DNA from: an uncultured Clostridia bacterium
GTDB lineage: Bacteria > Bacillota > Clostridia > RUG12999
DNA length: 29,888 bases
Direction of reading: 5' to 3'
Assembly (NCBI GenBank): GCA_938005345.1
Contig: CALLNG010000473.1
Span: forward strand, 1-29,888
Of this stretch, positions 1 through 7,898 are shown piece by piece. The notes below the pieces were generated by a model. It was not told where the DNA came from, searched no databases, and saw only the letters and a program-made list of their open reading frames with translations. The position numbers and the translations under genes were made by a program. Every line of letters starts with the position of its first letter. Within the stretch, counting starts at the first letter, position 1.

Positions 1-12
1 TGTTGGATACAT
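1..12 (-). CDS. 5' end (MYPT...) of a T-box-regulated gene running off the left edge; probably Trp-related (trpE/trpS/transporter)
   Basis: ATG at 12-10 with RBS GGAGGTG (24-18) upstream; lies downstream of a T-box with a UGG specifier. Only 4 codons are visible, so the product is inferred from the specifier alone. Confidence 0.6.
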
Positions 13-158
13 TCGGGCACCTCCTGTAAATCTTTTCTGTTACTGTCTTTCCCTTTGTTTTTCTGTCCTGCCGCGAAAGTCTCAAGCAAGCATGAACCTT
101 GACTTGTTGCCCGCGAATCAAAATTGATTCACCGGATCAATTATTGATACACAACGCG

Positions 159-450
159 AAAAAACGCCCGCCCTCGACAGAAACTTGTTCTTCTGTCAAG
201 GACGAGCGTATGATAAACTACCCGCGGTACCACCTTGTTTCACAGTTTGCACTGTGCGCTTTGCGGAATACCTGCATATTCCCGGCAACTGACGTATGCC
301 CCACGTCGCAGAATACTGAGCCGATTCGAAATAATGACTGTTCACTGCGCCCTCAGCGGTCCATTTGGCAGCCTGCATCTCCACCCGGCTCTCACCCTCC
401 CGGACTCTCTGTGCGCGCATAACTGCTTTGATCTCCGCTTCAACGGTTTA
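159..450 (-). promoter_or_regulatory. T-box riboswitch (transcriptional), Trp (UGG) specifier
   Basis: Minus strand shows stem I with AGAGA and GGTGAGA motifs, basal AGCGG/CCGCT pairing with GA-motif flanks, specifier AAA-TGG-A (TGG at 363-361), stem II with AGTA, stem IIA/B (GACGT/ACGTC), T-box AAGGTGGTACCGCG (236-223), and a terminator hairpin ending in TTTTTT (164-159). Confidence 0.95.
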
Positions 451-470
451 CTACACTAAATTTTTTCTAT

Positions 471-499
471 AAATTACCACATACATATATATTTGTCAA
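471..499 (-). promoter_or_regulatory. sigmaA-type promoter for the T-box leader
   Basis: TTGACA (499-494), 17 bp spacer, TAATTT (476-471) with extended -10 TG. Confidence 0.75.
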
Positions 500-722
500 A
501 CACTTTTTTCAAATTTTATTGTTTACTTTTTTCTTAATTCCATATCATCCAGCTGTCTACTTTGATATAATACCAGTAGAAACATCATCATAACCATGAT
601 TTTCACTGTTCCAGGCAGGATGTAAAAAACCCCGGAACTCATTCAAGCGGATATTCGCAATCCGCTTCGCTACTTGCTCATAACTGAACAGCTGCAAATT
701 TTCTATACAGGAGGTACATACT

Positions 723-1403
723 ATGCGTTATGAAATTCAGGGCGACACTTTACCCGTTGTTATCTGTTATCTGGACGGCGGTGAAAAAATGATCACAGAA
801 AAAGGAGCCATGAGCTGGATGTCTCCAAACATGCACATGGCGACTTCTACCAACGGCGGCATCGGAAAGGCTTTCGGACGAATGTTTTCCGGTGAATCCA
901 TGTTTCAGAATATCTATACTGCCCAGGGCGGTCCCGGCATGATTGCTTTTGCCTCCTGCTTCCCGGGAAGTATTCTTCCTTACCAGATTTCCCCCGGGCG
1001 GGAACTGATTGTACAAAAGTCCGGTTTTCTCGCTTCCGAAGCCGGGGTAAACCTTTCTGTTTTCTTCCAGAAACGCTTCGGTTCCGGACTCTTCGGCGGT
1101 GAGGGATTTATCATGCAAAGCCTTGCCGGAGAAGGAATGGTATTCCTGGAATTTGACGGTCATGTTGTCGAATACGACCTGCAGCCCGGTCAGCAGATCA
1201 TCGTCGATACCGGTTATCTGGCTGCTATGGAAGCCACCTGTTCCATGGATATCCAGACCGTTCCCGGTGTGAAAAATATGCTTTTTGGCGGGGAAGGCAT
1301 CTTCAACACCGTCATCACCGGCCCGGGACATATATGGCTCCAGACCATGCCGATCTCGAATGTAGCAGGAGCGATCGCACCGTTTATTCCGTCAAAGTCT
1401 TAA
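723..1403 (+). CDS. AIM24 / TIGR00266 family protein
   Basis: 226 aa; RBS AGGAGGT; typical motifs E.GAMSWM, GRMFSGES.FQN, GLFGGEGF.MQ, FGGEG.FNT..TGPG..WLQTMP. Confidence 0.92.
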   Translation: MRYEIQGDTLPVVICYLDGGEKMITEKGAMSWMSPNMHMATSTNGGIGKAFGRMFSGESMFQNIYTAQGGPGMIAFASCFPGSILPYQISPGRELIVQKSGFLASEAGVNLSVFFQKRFGSGLFGGEGFIMQSLAGEGMVFLEFDGHVVEYDLQPGQQIIVDTGYLAAMEATCSMDIQTVPGVKNMLFGGEGIFNTVITGPGHIWLQTMPISNVAGAIAPFIPSKS

Positions 1404-1453
1404 TTCGCAGAATCTATTTTCCAGACTGTACAGGGAACCTCACACATCCCTGC

Positions 1454-1619
1454 CTAGAGCGTGTTTGAAAAAGGCTTTTCGTGAGCTGCGAGTCCCAGTT
1501 TGTGGGAGATTTTATCCGAATGAGGGCGGCGTAGCGGGCTACGGCAACCGAATGAGGGTAAAATATACCGCAAACTGGGGCTTGCAGATTGCGGAAATGA
1601 TTTTTCAGACACGCTCTAG
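1454..1619. repeat. 166-bp imperfect palindrome with terminal inverted repeats (MITE/REP-like non-coding element)
   Basis: Begins CTAGAGCGTGTTTGAAAAA and ends TTTTTCAGACACGCTCTAG; imperfect symmetry continues to the central CGTAGC-GG-GCTACG; CTAG at both ends. Confidence 0.85.
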
Positions 1620-1679
1620 TATCACAGGAATTGTCTTGTACAAATACAGACTTTGATTCGTTTCCCTTGAATAAATCAA

Positions 1680-1732
1680 CAGCCGGTATATGTTTCCCTA
1701 AAAATTCGAAGCATACACCGGCTGCTGTTTTT
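1680..1732 (+). terminator. probable intrinsic terminator between the convergent AIM24 and GH95 genes
   Basis: CAGCCGGT (1680-1687) / ACCGGCTG (1717-1724) stem followed by CTGTTTTT. Confidence 0.55.
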
Positions 1733-1852
1733 CATAAACTGCATTCCTTATTTTGGTTCGTTATATTTTCTTCCCGCAAACTACCAGAAATCCCTTAATT
1801 GCTAAAACAAATCTCTGTTTTCTATCCGCAGGATATCTTTGCATGTAAGCAA

Positions 1853-4156
1853 TTATTCAAATTTTACTCTATTTCCGGCTTTCAAAAATACCGTCCTGCT
1901 CTCCTGCATTTTCACACGCACCCGGACTTCCTGGTCTGTTTTGCTCGTCAGCCAACAGTTCACACACTCTCCTTCCCACGCGATATCCACCGTAATCGCA
2001 CCCCGGGCGATCAGCCCCTGTACAGAGCCTCGTTTCCACTTCGGCGATACCGCCGGAAGGATCACGAGTTCTCCTCCGTGGCTTTGCAGCAGCATCTCTG
2101 CGATTCCCGCAGTAAATCCAAGATTTCCGTCAATCTGAAACGGTGGATGTGCGCAAAACAGGTTCGGGTATACACCACCACCCTGGACAGACATCTCTGC
2201 AAACGGATCTCGAACCTGCAACATCTGCGCCACCTGTTTTGCCGCATGCGCGCCGTCTTCCATCCTTGCCCACATCAGAATCTTCCACGCAAGACTCCAG
2301 CCGGTTCCTTCGTCGCCACGGACAAGTAGACTTTTTTTCACCCCTTCCAGAAGTTCCGGCGTCTCTTTCGTAATTCCCCGTCCCGGATGGAATTCATACA
2401 GATGAGATAGATGTCTGTGTTCTACTTCCACCTCCGTGAATTCCTCATTCCACTCCAGAATCCTTCCGTCACTTCCCAGCTGTGTCAGTACGATCGCAGG
2501 CAGCTGTTCACGGATCGTTCCTGAAAGAGCACCCTCTTTTTTTAATACTTCACATGCTTCCAGATAATCCCGGAACAGATTTCGAATAATTGCCAGAGTA
2601 TTTTCTGTATACAGTGCCACCGGCACTGCTTCTCCCTGATCCAGAAAACAATTTTCCGGCGATGTCGCCGGAACCACTGCCAGTCCTTTATCCGTCTTTT
2701 GTAACATGTTGCTGCAAAATCTGGCATGTTCCTCCAGCACCGGAAAAATCTCCTGCAAATACTCTCTGTCCAGCGTAAACAGATACTCCTCATAGAGATT
2801 CCGGCACATCCATGCCCCGCCAAACGGCCAGAATGCCCAGTTTGCCAGTCCAGCAGCCGGTGATGTCTTTCTCCACAGATCCACGTTATGAAAGCACGCC
2901 ACACCCTCACAGTGAAAATACTTCTGCGCTGTCTCCCTCGCATTTTCCAGCAGTTCCCGGTTCATCCGCACCAGCGGCTCTGCTAGTTCATGAAGATTAC
3001 ACGGACCGGTCATCCAGTAGTTCATCTCTGTATTAATATTTACCGTATAATCGCTCTTCCAGGCCGGGATTCGGTCGCAATTCCAGACTCCCTGCAGATT
3101 TGCCGCCTGTGTCCCCGGTCGTGAACAGGAAATCAGCAGATACCGACCATAATCAAACAACAGCTTCTCCAGTCCCGGATCCTCGCCGTCTTTTTTATAC
3201 TGTTCCAGCCGTTTCGAAAGATCCATTCCGTCTCTGCTGTCATCTCCAAGCGTCAGTTTCACTCTCTGAAAATACTTCTGATACTCTCCGACATGTTCTT
3301 TCCACAACTCTTCTACGGATATCCCGGTCTGCTCCTGATCCTGAAGTAAAAGCTTTGCGGGATCATTTCCTTGCGTATACGGATGTCTGGAAACACCTGC
3401 AAACCCGGAACGGATTAGAATCCGCATGGTAATCTCATGCACATTGACACAGCGAACTCCCATCTCTGTCGGAACAATCTCCCCGTTTTCCGTCTCAAAC
3501 ATGCACCAGCCTTCGTACGGCATTCCTTTTTCCTGCGGATTTTCCGAAAAAATAAACTCGCTGCCGTCCCCTTCTTTCGCTTCCACAGGAATTTTACTTT
3601 TTCCCGGCATCTGCCCCTGCATTTTCCATATTTTTCCGTCCCAGCTGTTTCCCGTAAGAAACCCGCCGTCTGCCGTGATTACTATGGTAAATGCTTCCTC
3701 TGCCCGGATCTGATACACCAGAACCTGTGACGGTGCACTGCAAAAGCAACGATGTTCATAAGATTGCCCGTGATTTCGATATGTCACCCGGGCAGTTGCT
3801 GTCTCGAGATCCAGTTCTCTGTGATAGTCCGCAATTTCCCGTTCTCCCTCAAACCAGATCCGTACCGTGCCGAAAGGCTCATACATCTCTACATCTTCCG
3901 CCGTCTCCTGTGCCTGATTCAACACCTGTGTAGCCTGAAGGTAACTCCCTTCTTTTGCATACACTTCTGCTTTTTTAATATCCTCATATCCCATACCGGT
4001 GCGCGGATCCCCCGGATAACCCGACCAGAGGGTATCTTCATTCAGGCAAAGCGTCTCTGCCTCCCCGTCCCCGAACATCAGCGCTCCTATCCGCCCGTTT
4101 CCCAGCGGAAATGCCTCCTGCCAGACAGTTGCCGGTGCTTCAAATATCATTTTCAT
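1853..4156 (-). CDS. glycoside hydrolase family 95 (alpha-1,2-L-fucosidase-like)
   Basis: 767 aa; N-terminal W.EAFPLGNGRIGA and LNEDTLWSG, then GRYLLISCSRPG, ANLQGVWN, DYTVNINTEMNYW, ATSPEN, HRHLSHL, HPPFQIDGN; no signal peptide visible. Confidence 0.95.
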   Translation of the reverse strand: MKMIFEAPATVWQEAFPLGNGRIGALMFGDGEAETLCLNEDTLWSGYPGDPRTGMGYEDIKKAEVYAKEGSYLQATQVLNQAQETAEDVEMYEPFGTVRIWFEGEREIADYHRELDLETATARVTYRNHGQSYEHRCFCSAPSQVLVYQIRAEEAFTIVITADGGFLTGNSWDGKIWKMQGQMPGKSKIPVEAKEGDGSEFIFSENPQEKGMPYEGWCMFETENGEIVPTEMGVRCVNVHEITMRILIRSGFAGVSRHPYTQGNDPAKLLLQDQEQTGISVEELWKEHVGEYQKYFQRVKLTLGDDSRDGMDLSKRLEQYKKDGEDPGLEKLLFDYGRYLLISCSRPGTQAANLQGVWNCDRIPAWKSDYTVNINTEMNYWMTGPCNLHELAEPLVRMNRELLENARETAQKYFHCEGVACFHNVDLWRKTSPAAGLANWAFWPFGGAWMCRNLYEEYLFTLDREYLQEIFPVLEEHARFCSNMLQKTDKGLAVVPATSPENCFLDQGEAVPVALYTENTLAIIRNLFRDYLEACEVLKKEGALSGTIREQLPAIVLTQLGSDGRILEWNEEFTEVEVEHRHLSHLYEFHPGRGITKETPELLEGVKKSLLVRGDEGTGWSLAWKILMWARMEDGAHAAKQVAQMLQVRDPFAEMSVQGGGVYPNLFCAHPPFQIDGNLGFTAGIAEMLLQSHGGELVILPAVSPKWKRGSVQGLIARGAITVDIAWEGECVNCWLTSKTDQEVRVRVKMQESRTVFLKAGNRVKFE

Positions 4157-4336
4157 ACTCTATTCTCCGTTTTTCAACTTCTTATTTTTCCTGTTACCTG
4201 CTACTTTCTTCATATCCCGTTTTTATCTGATTTCACATTGTCTCAGCGGATACTTTTCATTATCGTTCGTAACTGTTCAATCTCTTCACAGTTGCAAACC
4301 AATACGCCTCGTGAAATACTGCCTACTGAATAATTA

Positions 4337-5725
4337 TTACTGTTCTATCTTCCATACAATCGCAATCGGCGTCTCTCCCTCACGATACTCTTGGGGAATC
4401 ACCACCTGTATTCCTTCCTCCGTCATCTTCCATTCAGCCTCTTTCTTCGTATCTACCATGGAAATCCCGCGGATTTTCCCCTGATAGGGAATCAAAAGTT
4501 TCTCTTCTACTGCTTCCCTTTCCTCCGGATACAGCCGAATCACATAGACGACATCGCCTTTTCGCGTAAATGCCAGGTTTCTGCTCCGGTACGGCGCACA
4601 GATCCGTGTTCCGTAAATCGCTTCCCCGTACATCTGCATCCACACGCCCAGTCCCCGCAGGCTCTCCCAAGCTTCCACCGGGATCCTTCCGTCTGGCTGA
4701 GGGCTTATATTTAATGCCAGATTTCCGCCCTTCGCCACAATATTGACCAGCAGATTCACCAGTTCTCTCGGTGATTTATAATGATCTCCGTACGCATAAT
4801 TAAAATCAGCTCCCAGCGTCAGGCAGCTCTCCCAGGGCACACGCAGCGGTTTTTCCGGCACACACATCTCCGGTGTGACATAATTCTCATAAGCACCGCC
4901 CACCGTCCGGTCTACTGCCAGCACCCAGGGCTGCGTTTTTCGCACCTCCTCCACGATCTCTCCCAGCCGGATATCCTGTCCGTTTGTTGCTGCCACCCAT
5001 CCGGCATCAAACCAGAGGATATCCAGCCTTCCATACTGCTTTCCAAGTTCCAGGATCTGATCGCGGGTAAATGCACGGAACCGCTCCCAGGCTTCCGGAT
5101 TTTCTTTTGGATCATAGGTGGGATTCCTTGTCGTTTTTCCGGTAAATACTTTCTCTTTTTCCCAATAATCCGGACAGTGCCAGTCCGCCTTTGAATAATA
5201 CACCCCGATCCCAAGTTTCTCTTTTCGAAACGCGTCAAACATGGCACAGACGATATCCGCATACTTATGTGTATGAAACGGACAGTCCTCTGCCGTCGTC
5301 TTGTATTCTGTATATGCTGTATCCCACAGACAGAAACCGTCGTGATGTTTTGTGGTCAGAATCAGATACCGGAACCCACATTCCTTTGCCATCTTCGCCC
5401 ATTCCTCCGGCTGAAAAGCCACCGGATCAAACGCACGGTTTAATGCCCGATACTGCCTCTTAAAAACCTCCCCGTCATCCGTCCAGTCTACCGTCTTTCT
5501 GGACCACTCCGCATCCTCATCACTAAGTGCCCAGCTCGCCACCATGCCAAGCTGATTGTACACTCCCCAGTGCACCATCAACGCCAGCTTCTGATCCTGA
5601 AACCACTCCAGCTGCTGCTGTACCGCGGGTTCGCTGGGCGGGACATAGGTGTCCGCACCGCTGTAGTTATGTACACCCTGCTGCACCACATCTTGCTGTG
5701 TATGTTCTTTTTCTAACTCTGCCAT
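4337..5725 (-). CDS. glycoside hydrolase family 29 alpha-L-fucosidase
   Basis: Start placed at ATG 5725 (MAELEKE...) behind RBS AAGGAG, giving 462 aa; motifs WF.D.KL..MVHWG, TTKHHDGFCLW, ILWFD.GW (nucleophile Asp), GGNL.LNI.P..DG. The ORF-track extension to 6028 is not supported. Confidence 0.95.
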   Translation of the reverse strand: MAELEKEHTQQDVVQQGVHNYSGADTYVPPSEPAVQQQLEWFQDQKLALMVHWGVYNQLGMVASWALSDEDAEWSRKTVDWTDDGEVFKRQYRALNRAFDPVAFQPEEWAKMAKECGFRYLILTTKHHDGFCLWDTAYTEYKTTAEDCPFHTHKYADIVCAMFDAFRKEKLGIGVYYSKADWHCPDYWEKEKVFTGKTTRNPTYDPKENPEAWERFRAFTRDQILELGKQYGRLDILWFDAGWVAATNGQDIRLGEIVEEVRKTQPWVLAVDRTVGGAYENYVTPEMCVPEKPLRVPWESCLTLGADFNYAYGDHYKSPRELVNLLVNIVAKGGNLALNISPQPDGRIPVEAWESLRGLGVWMQMYGEAIYGTRICAPYRSRNLAFTRKGDVVYVIRLYPEEREAVEEKLLIPYQGKIRGISMVDTKKEAEWKMTEEGIQVVIPQEYREGETPIAIVWKIEQ

Positions 5726-5962
5726 GAGTTCTTTCTCCTTTCGCCCAAACCAGATGGCTTGTTTTGTTACAACATAACATATTCCACTGCAAAAGGCAAA
5801 CCGCTGCATGGACAATTTTCCTGCAATTTTCCTCTTCTCTCCGCCACATGCCCTCCCATACGCTTCCATACGGTTTCTCCTATTTATTTTACCTCCACCG
5901 TATCCTCCTGTTTTAACAAAGTTATAAGTACGAGCAAACAACCTTTCCAGAAAAAACGCAAC

Positions 5963-5989
5963 AAAAAAGCCTCCGTGGCGGGAGGCTTT
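5963..5989 (-). terminator. intrinsic terminator of tspO
   Basis: AAAGCCTCC / GGAGGCTTT stem overlapping the stop codon, followed by a T-tract on the minus strand. Confidence 0.75.
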
Positions 5990-6452
5990 AATTGAGCCGG
6001 TAGACCGAAAAGGCCAACAGCGCGGCAAACAGCAGCCAAATCAAATACGGCAGCATCAAATAAGCCGCTTTCTTTTCAATGGCATAAAATTGATAGATGG
6101 TCAGGCAAACCAGCACAATAAGGAACAATATCCACAAAAAGGAAAACAAAAACCAATGCAGCCGAAAAAAGAACAAGCTCCAAAGGCTGTTGACTACCAG
6201 TTGCAGCGCATAAACCTGAAGCGCCTCTTTTTTTTGCGGATGGCCGCTGTCATAAATCAAATAAGCGGCGGTTCCCATTAAAACATAGAGAATGGTCCAT
6301 GCAATGGGAAATACAACGGGCGGCGGCATAAACCAGGGGCTTTGGATTCCCTCGAGATTCATTCCGCCTCCCAGCAAAGCGCCCAATGCGCCTGCCAGCA
6401 GGGCAAGTCCAATGGACAATGCCAGCGGTTTGAGCCGTATGGTCTGAAACAT
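5988..6452 (-). CDS. tspO: TspO/MBR family tryptophan-rich sensory membrane protein
   Basis: 154 aa, hydrophobic; motifs P.F.PP..VFPIAWTILY.LMG, QL.VN.LWS.FFF, AAYLMLPYLIW..FA. Confidence 0.93.
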   Translation of the reverse strand: MFQTIRLKPLALSIGLALLAGALGALLGGGMNLEGIQSPWFMPPPVVFPIAWTILYVLMGTAAYLIYDSGHPQKKEALQVYALQLVVNSLWSLFFFRLHWFLFSFLWILFLIVLVCLTIYQFYAIEKKAAYLMLPYLIWLLFAALLAFSVYRLN

Positions 6453-6534
6453 GTTTTCTCACTTCTTTCTGTTTCAGTATATGCACCATTTCCGCGGTTT
6501 ATGCCTCATCCTATTTCATTTTTTCAGTTTGTTC

Positions 6535-6580
6535 ACAAAAAACAATAAGCGGAAGACGATTGCCATCTTCCGCCTTTTTT
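6535..6580 (-). terminator. intrinsic terminator after the stalk/CAP gene
   Basis: GCGGAAGA (6549-6556) / TCTTCCGC (6566-6573) stem with T-rich tails on both strands. Confidence 0.65.
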
Positions 6581-6584
6581 CAAT

Positions 6585-7436
6585 TTATGGCGTCATGAAA
6601 CATTGTGTCCAGTAGGTGCCATAACTGCCGCCCGCATAGTATCCAACGCCCAGATGGGTCAGCTGCGGATTCAATATATTGGCCCGGTGCCCCGCTGAAT
6701 TCATCCAGCCATTGACAACCTCCTCCGGCGTCCGCTGGCCTGCAGCAATGTTTTCCGCCGCCCTGCGGTAGCTCAGTCCCGCCTGTTTCATGCGGTCAAA
6801 CGGGGAAAGCCCGTCCGGATTGGTGTGGTCAAAAAAGCCGCGCAGCGCCATATCGCGGCTGTGCGCCGCCGCCACGGCCGCCAACTCTTCGCTCCATGCC
6901 AGTGGACTTAAGCCCGCATTGATACGCTGCTGGTTGGTCAGTTCCAACACCTGGTAGGCAAAACTGTCCTGTCCGGTTTGCCCGCTTTCGCCGTCCCCGG
7001 AAGTAGAATTGGTACGCACAATCACCTTGCGCGCCGCACTGTCCCATTCCACCTGTGCATCATATCCTTCGCTCACGGCACGTACCGGCACAAGCGTCCG
7101 GTCGTTTACCAGTTTGGGCGCCACGTCTAGCTGTACCGCCTGACTGTTTTTCCACATGACATAGCTGCCAATTTGCAGCGTTAAGCGTTCATCCTCTTTC
7201 ACAGAGAGAACTTTCTGGCTCTCGCCCTGCCAGGTAATCTCTGCACCAAGCGCCTCTGCCAGCGCCCGCACCGGAACCAGTACGCGGTCGTTTTCCATAA
7301 TGGGCTCCTGGTCAAACCAAATTTGCCGCCCATCCACTTCTACTTGAATCGCACGTTCTGCCTGCACTGGCAGACAAAGGCTACCACCCAGCAATATAGC
7401 AGCCAATGCTGCAAAAGAAAAGAATCGTTTATTCAT
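6585..7436 (-). CDS. secreted protein: copper-amine-oxidase-like N-terminal (stalk) domain + CAP/SCP domain
   Basis: ATG 7436 behind AAGGGGG; signal peptide MNKRFFSFAALAAILL...VQA; two R.LVPVRA..E stalk repeats; CAP motifs N..R...GL.PL, HS.DM....FF.H, ENIA.GQ, WMNS.GHRANIL. Confidence 0.92.
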   Translation of the reverse strand: MNKRFFSFAALAAILLGGSLCLPVQAERAIQVEVDGRQIWFDQEPIMENDRVLVPVRALAEALGAEITWQGESQKVLSVKEDERLTLQIGSYVMWKNSQAVQLDVAPKLVNDRTLVPVRAVSEGYDAQVEWDSAARKVIVRTNSTSGDGESGQTGQDSFAYQVLELTNQQRINAGLSPLAWSEELAAVAAAHSRDMALRGFFDHTNPDGLSPFDRMKQAGLSYRRAAENIAAGQRTPEEVVNGWMNSAGHRANILNPQLTHLGVGYYAGGSYGTYWTQCFMTP

Positions 7437-7540
7437 CTTTGTATACCCCCTTTGCATCTATCCTAACAGATATACCACCCAATTGCAACCTATAATTTTT
7501 TCCAGCTGCGGCATACTATACTGGAAAGGAGGTGCTGCCA

Positions 7541-7822
7541 TTGAACGCCTCCCCTACCCCAGTTCCCATTCACTTTGACGCTGTCATAGAAAAAGTATCG
7601 GATATCGACGGCGCGTATGTTATCATTCCCTTTGACGTGGTTTCCGTGTTCGGCAAAAGCCGTGTCCCTGTGCACGCTACATTTGATGGGTACCCCTATG
7701 ACGGCAGTTTGGTGCGGCGCAAAACGCCGTACCATATACTAGGCCTGCGTAAAGATATCCGGGCACGCATTGGCAAGCAGCCAGGGGACCTTGTGCACGT
7801 AACACTGACCGAACGCCAATAA
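7541..7822 (+). CDS. DUF1905 domain-containing protein
   Basis: TTG start behind AAGGAGGT; motifs GAYV.IPFDV...FGK.RVPV.ATFDG.PY.GSL and LG.RK.IR..IGK..GD.V.V.L. Confidence 0.85.
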   Translation: MNASPTPVPIHFDAVIEKVSDIDGAYVIIPFDVVSVFGKSRVPVHATFDGYPYDGSLVRRKTPYHILGLRKDIRARIGKQPGDLVHVTLTERQ

Positions 7823-7858
7823 TGCCGTACACGCTGGCTAAAATCAATGTGGCACATC

Positions 7859-7891
7859 AAAAAGAGGAAGCGGCATGCGTTTCCTCCTTTT
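7859..7891. terminator. bidirectional intrinsic terminator between DUF1905 and the Fe-ADH gene
   Basis: AAAAAGAGGAAGCG-GCAT-GCGTTTCCTCCTTTT inverted repeat between convergent genes. Confidence 0.7.
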
Positions 7892-7898
7892 GATGCCA

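Noticed and set aside
99..459. Short ORFs over the leader region
   Set aside because: They overlap the T-box RNA, lack an RBS and show no recognisable protein features.
1465..1656. 63-aa ORF inside the palindromic element
   Set aside because: TTG start with no RBS, within the TIR; a by-product of the repeat and too short for a transposase.
5726..6028. N-terminal extension of the GH29 ORF to 563 aa
   Set aside because: It crosses the tspO stop and terminator; a good RBS and the family start lie at 5725.
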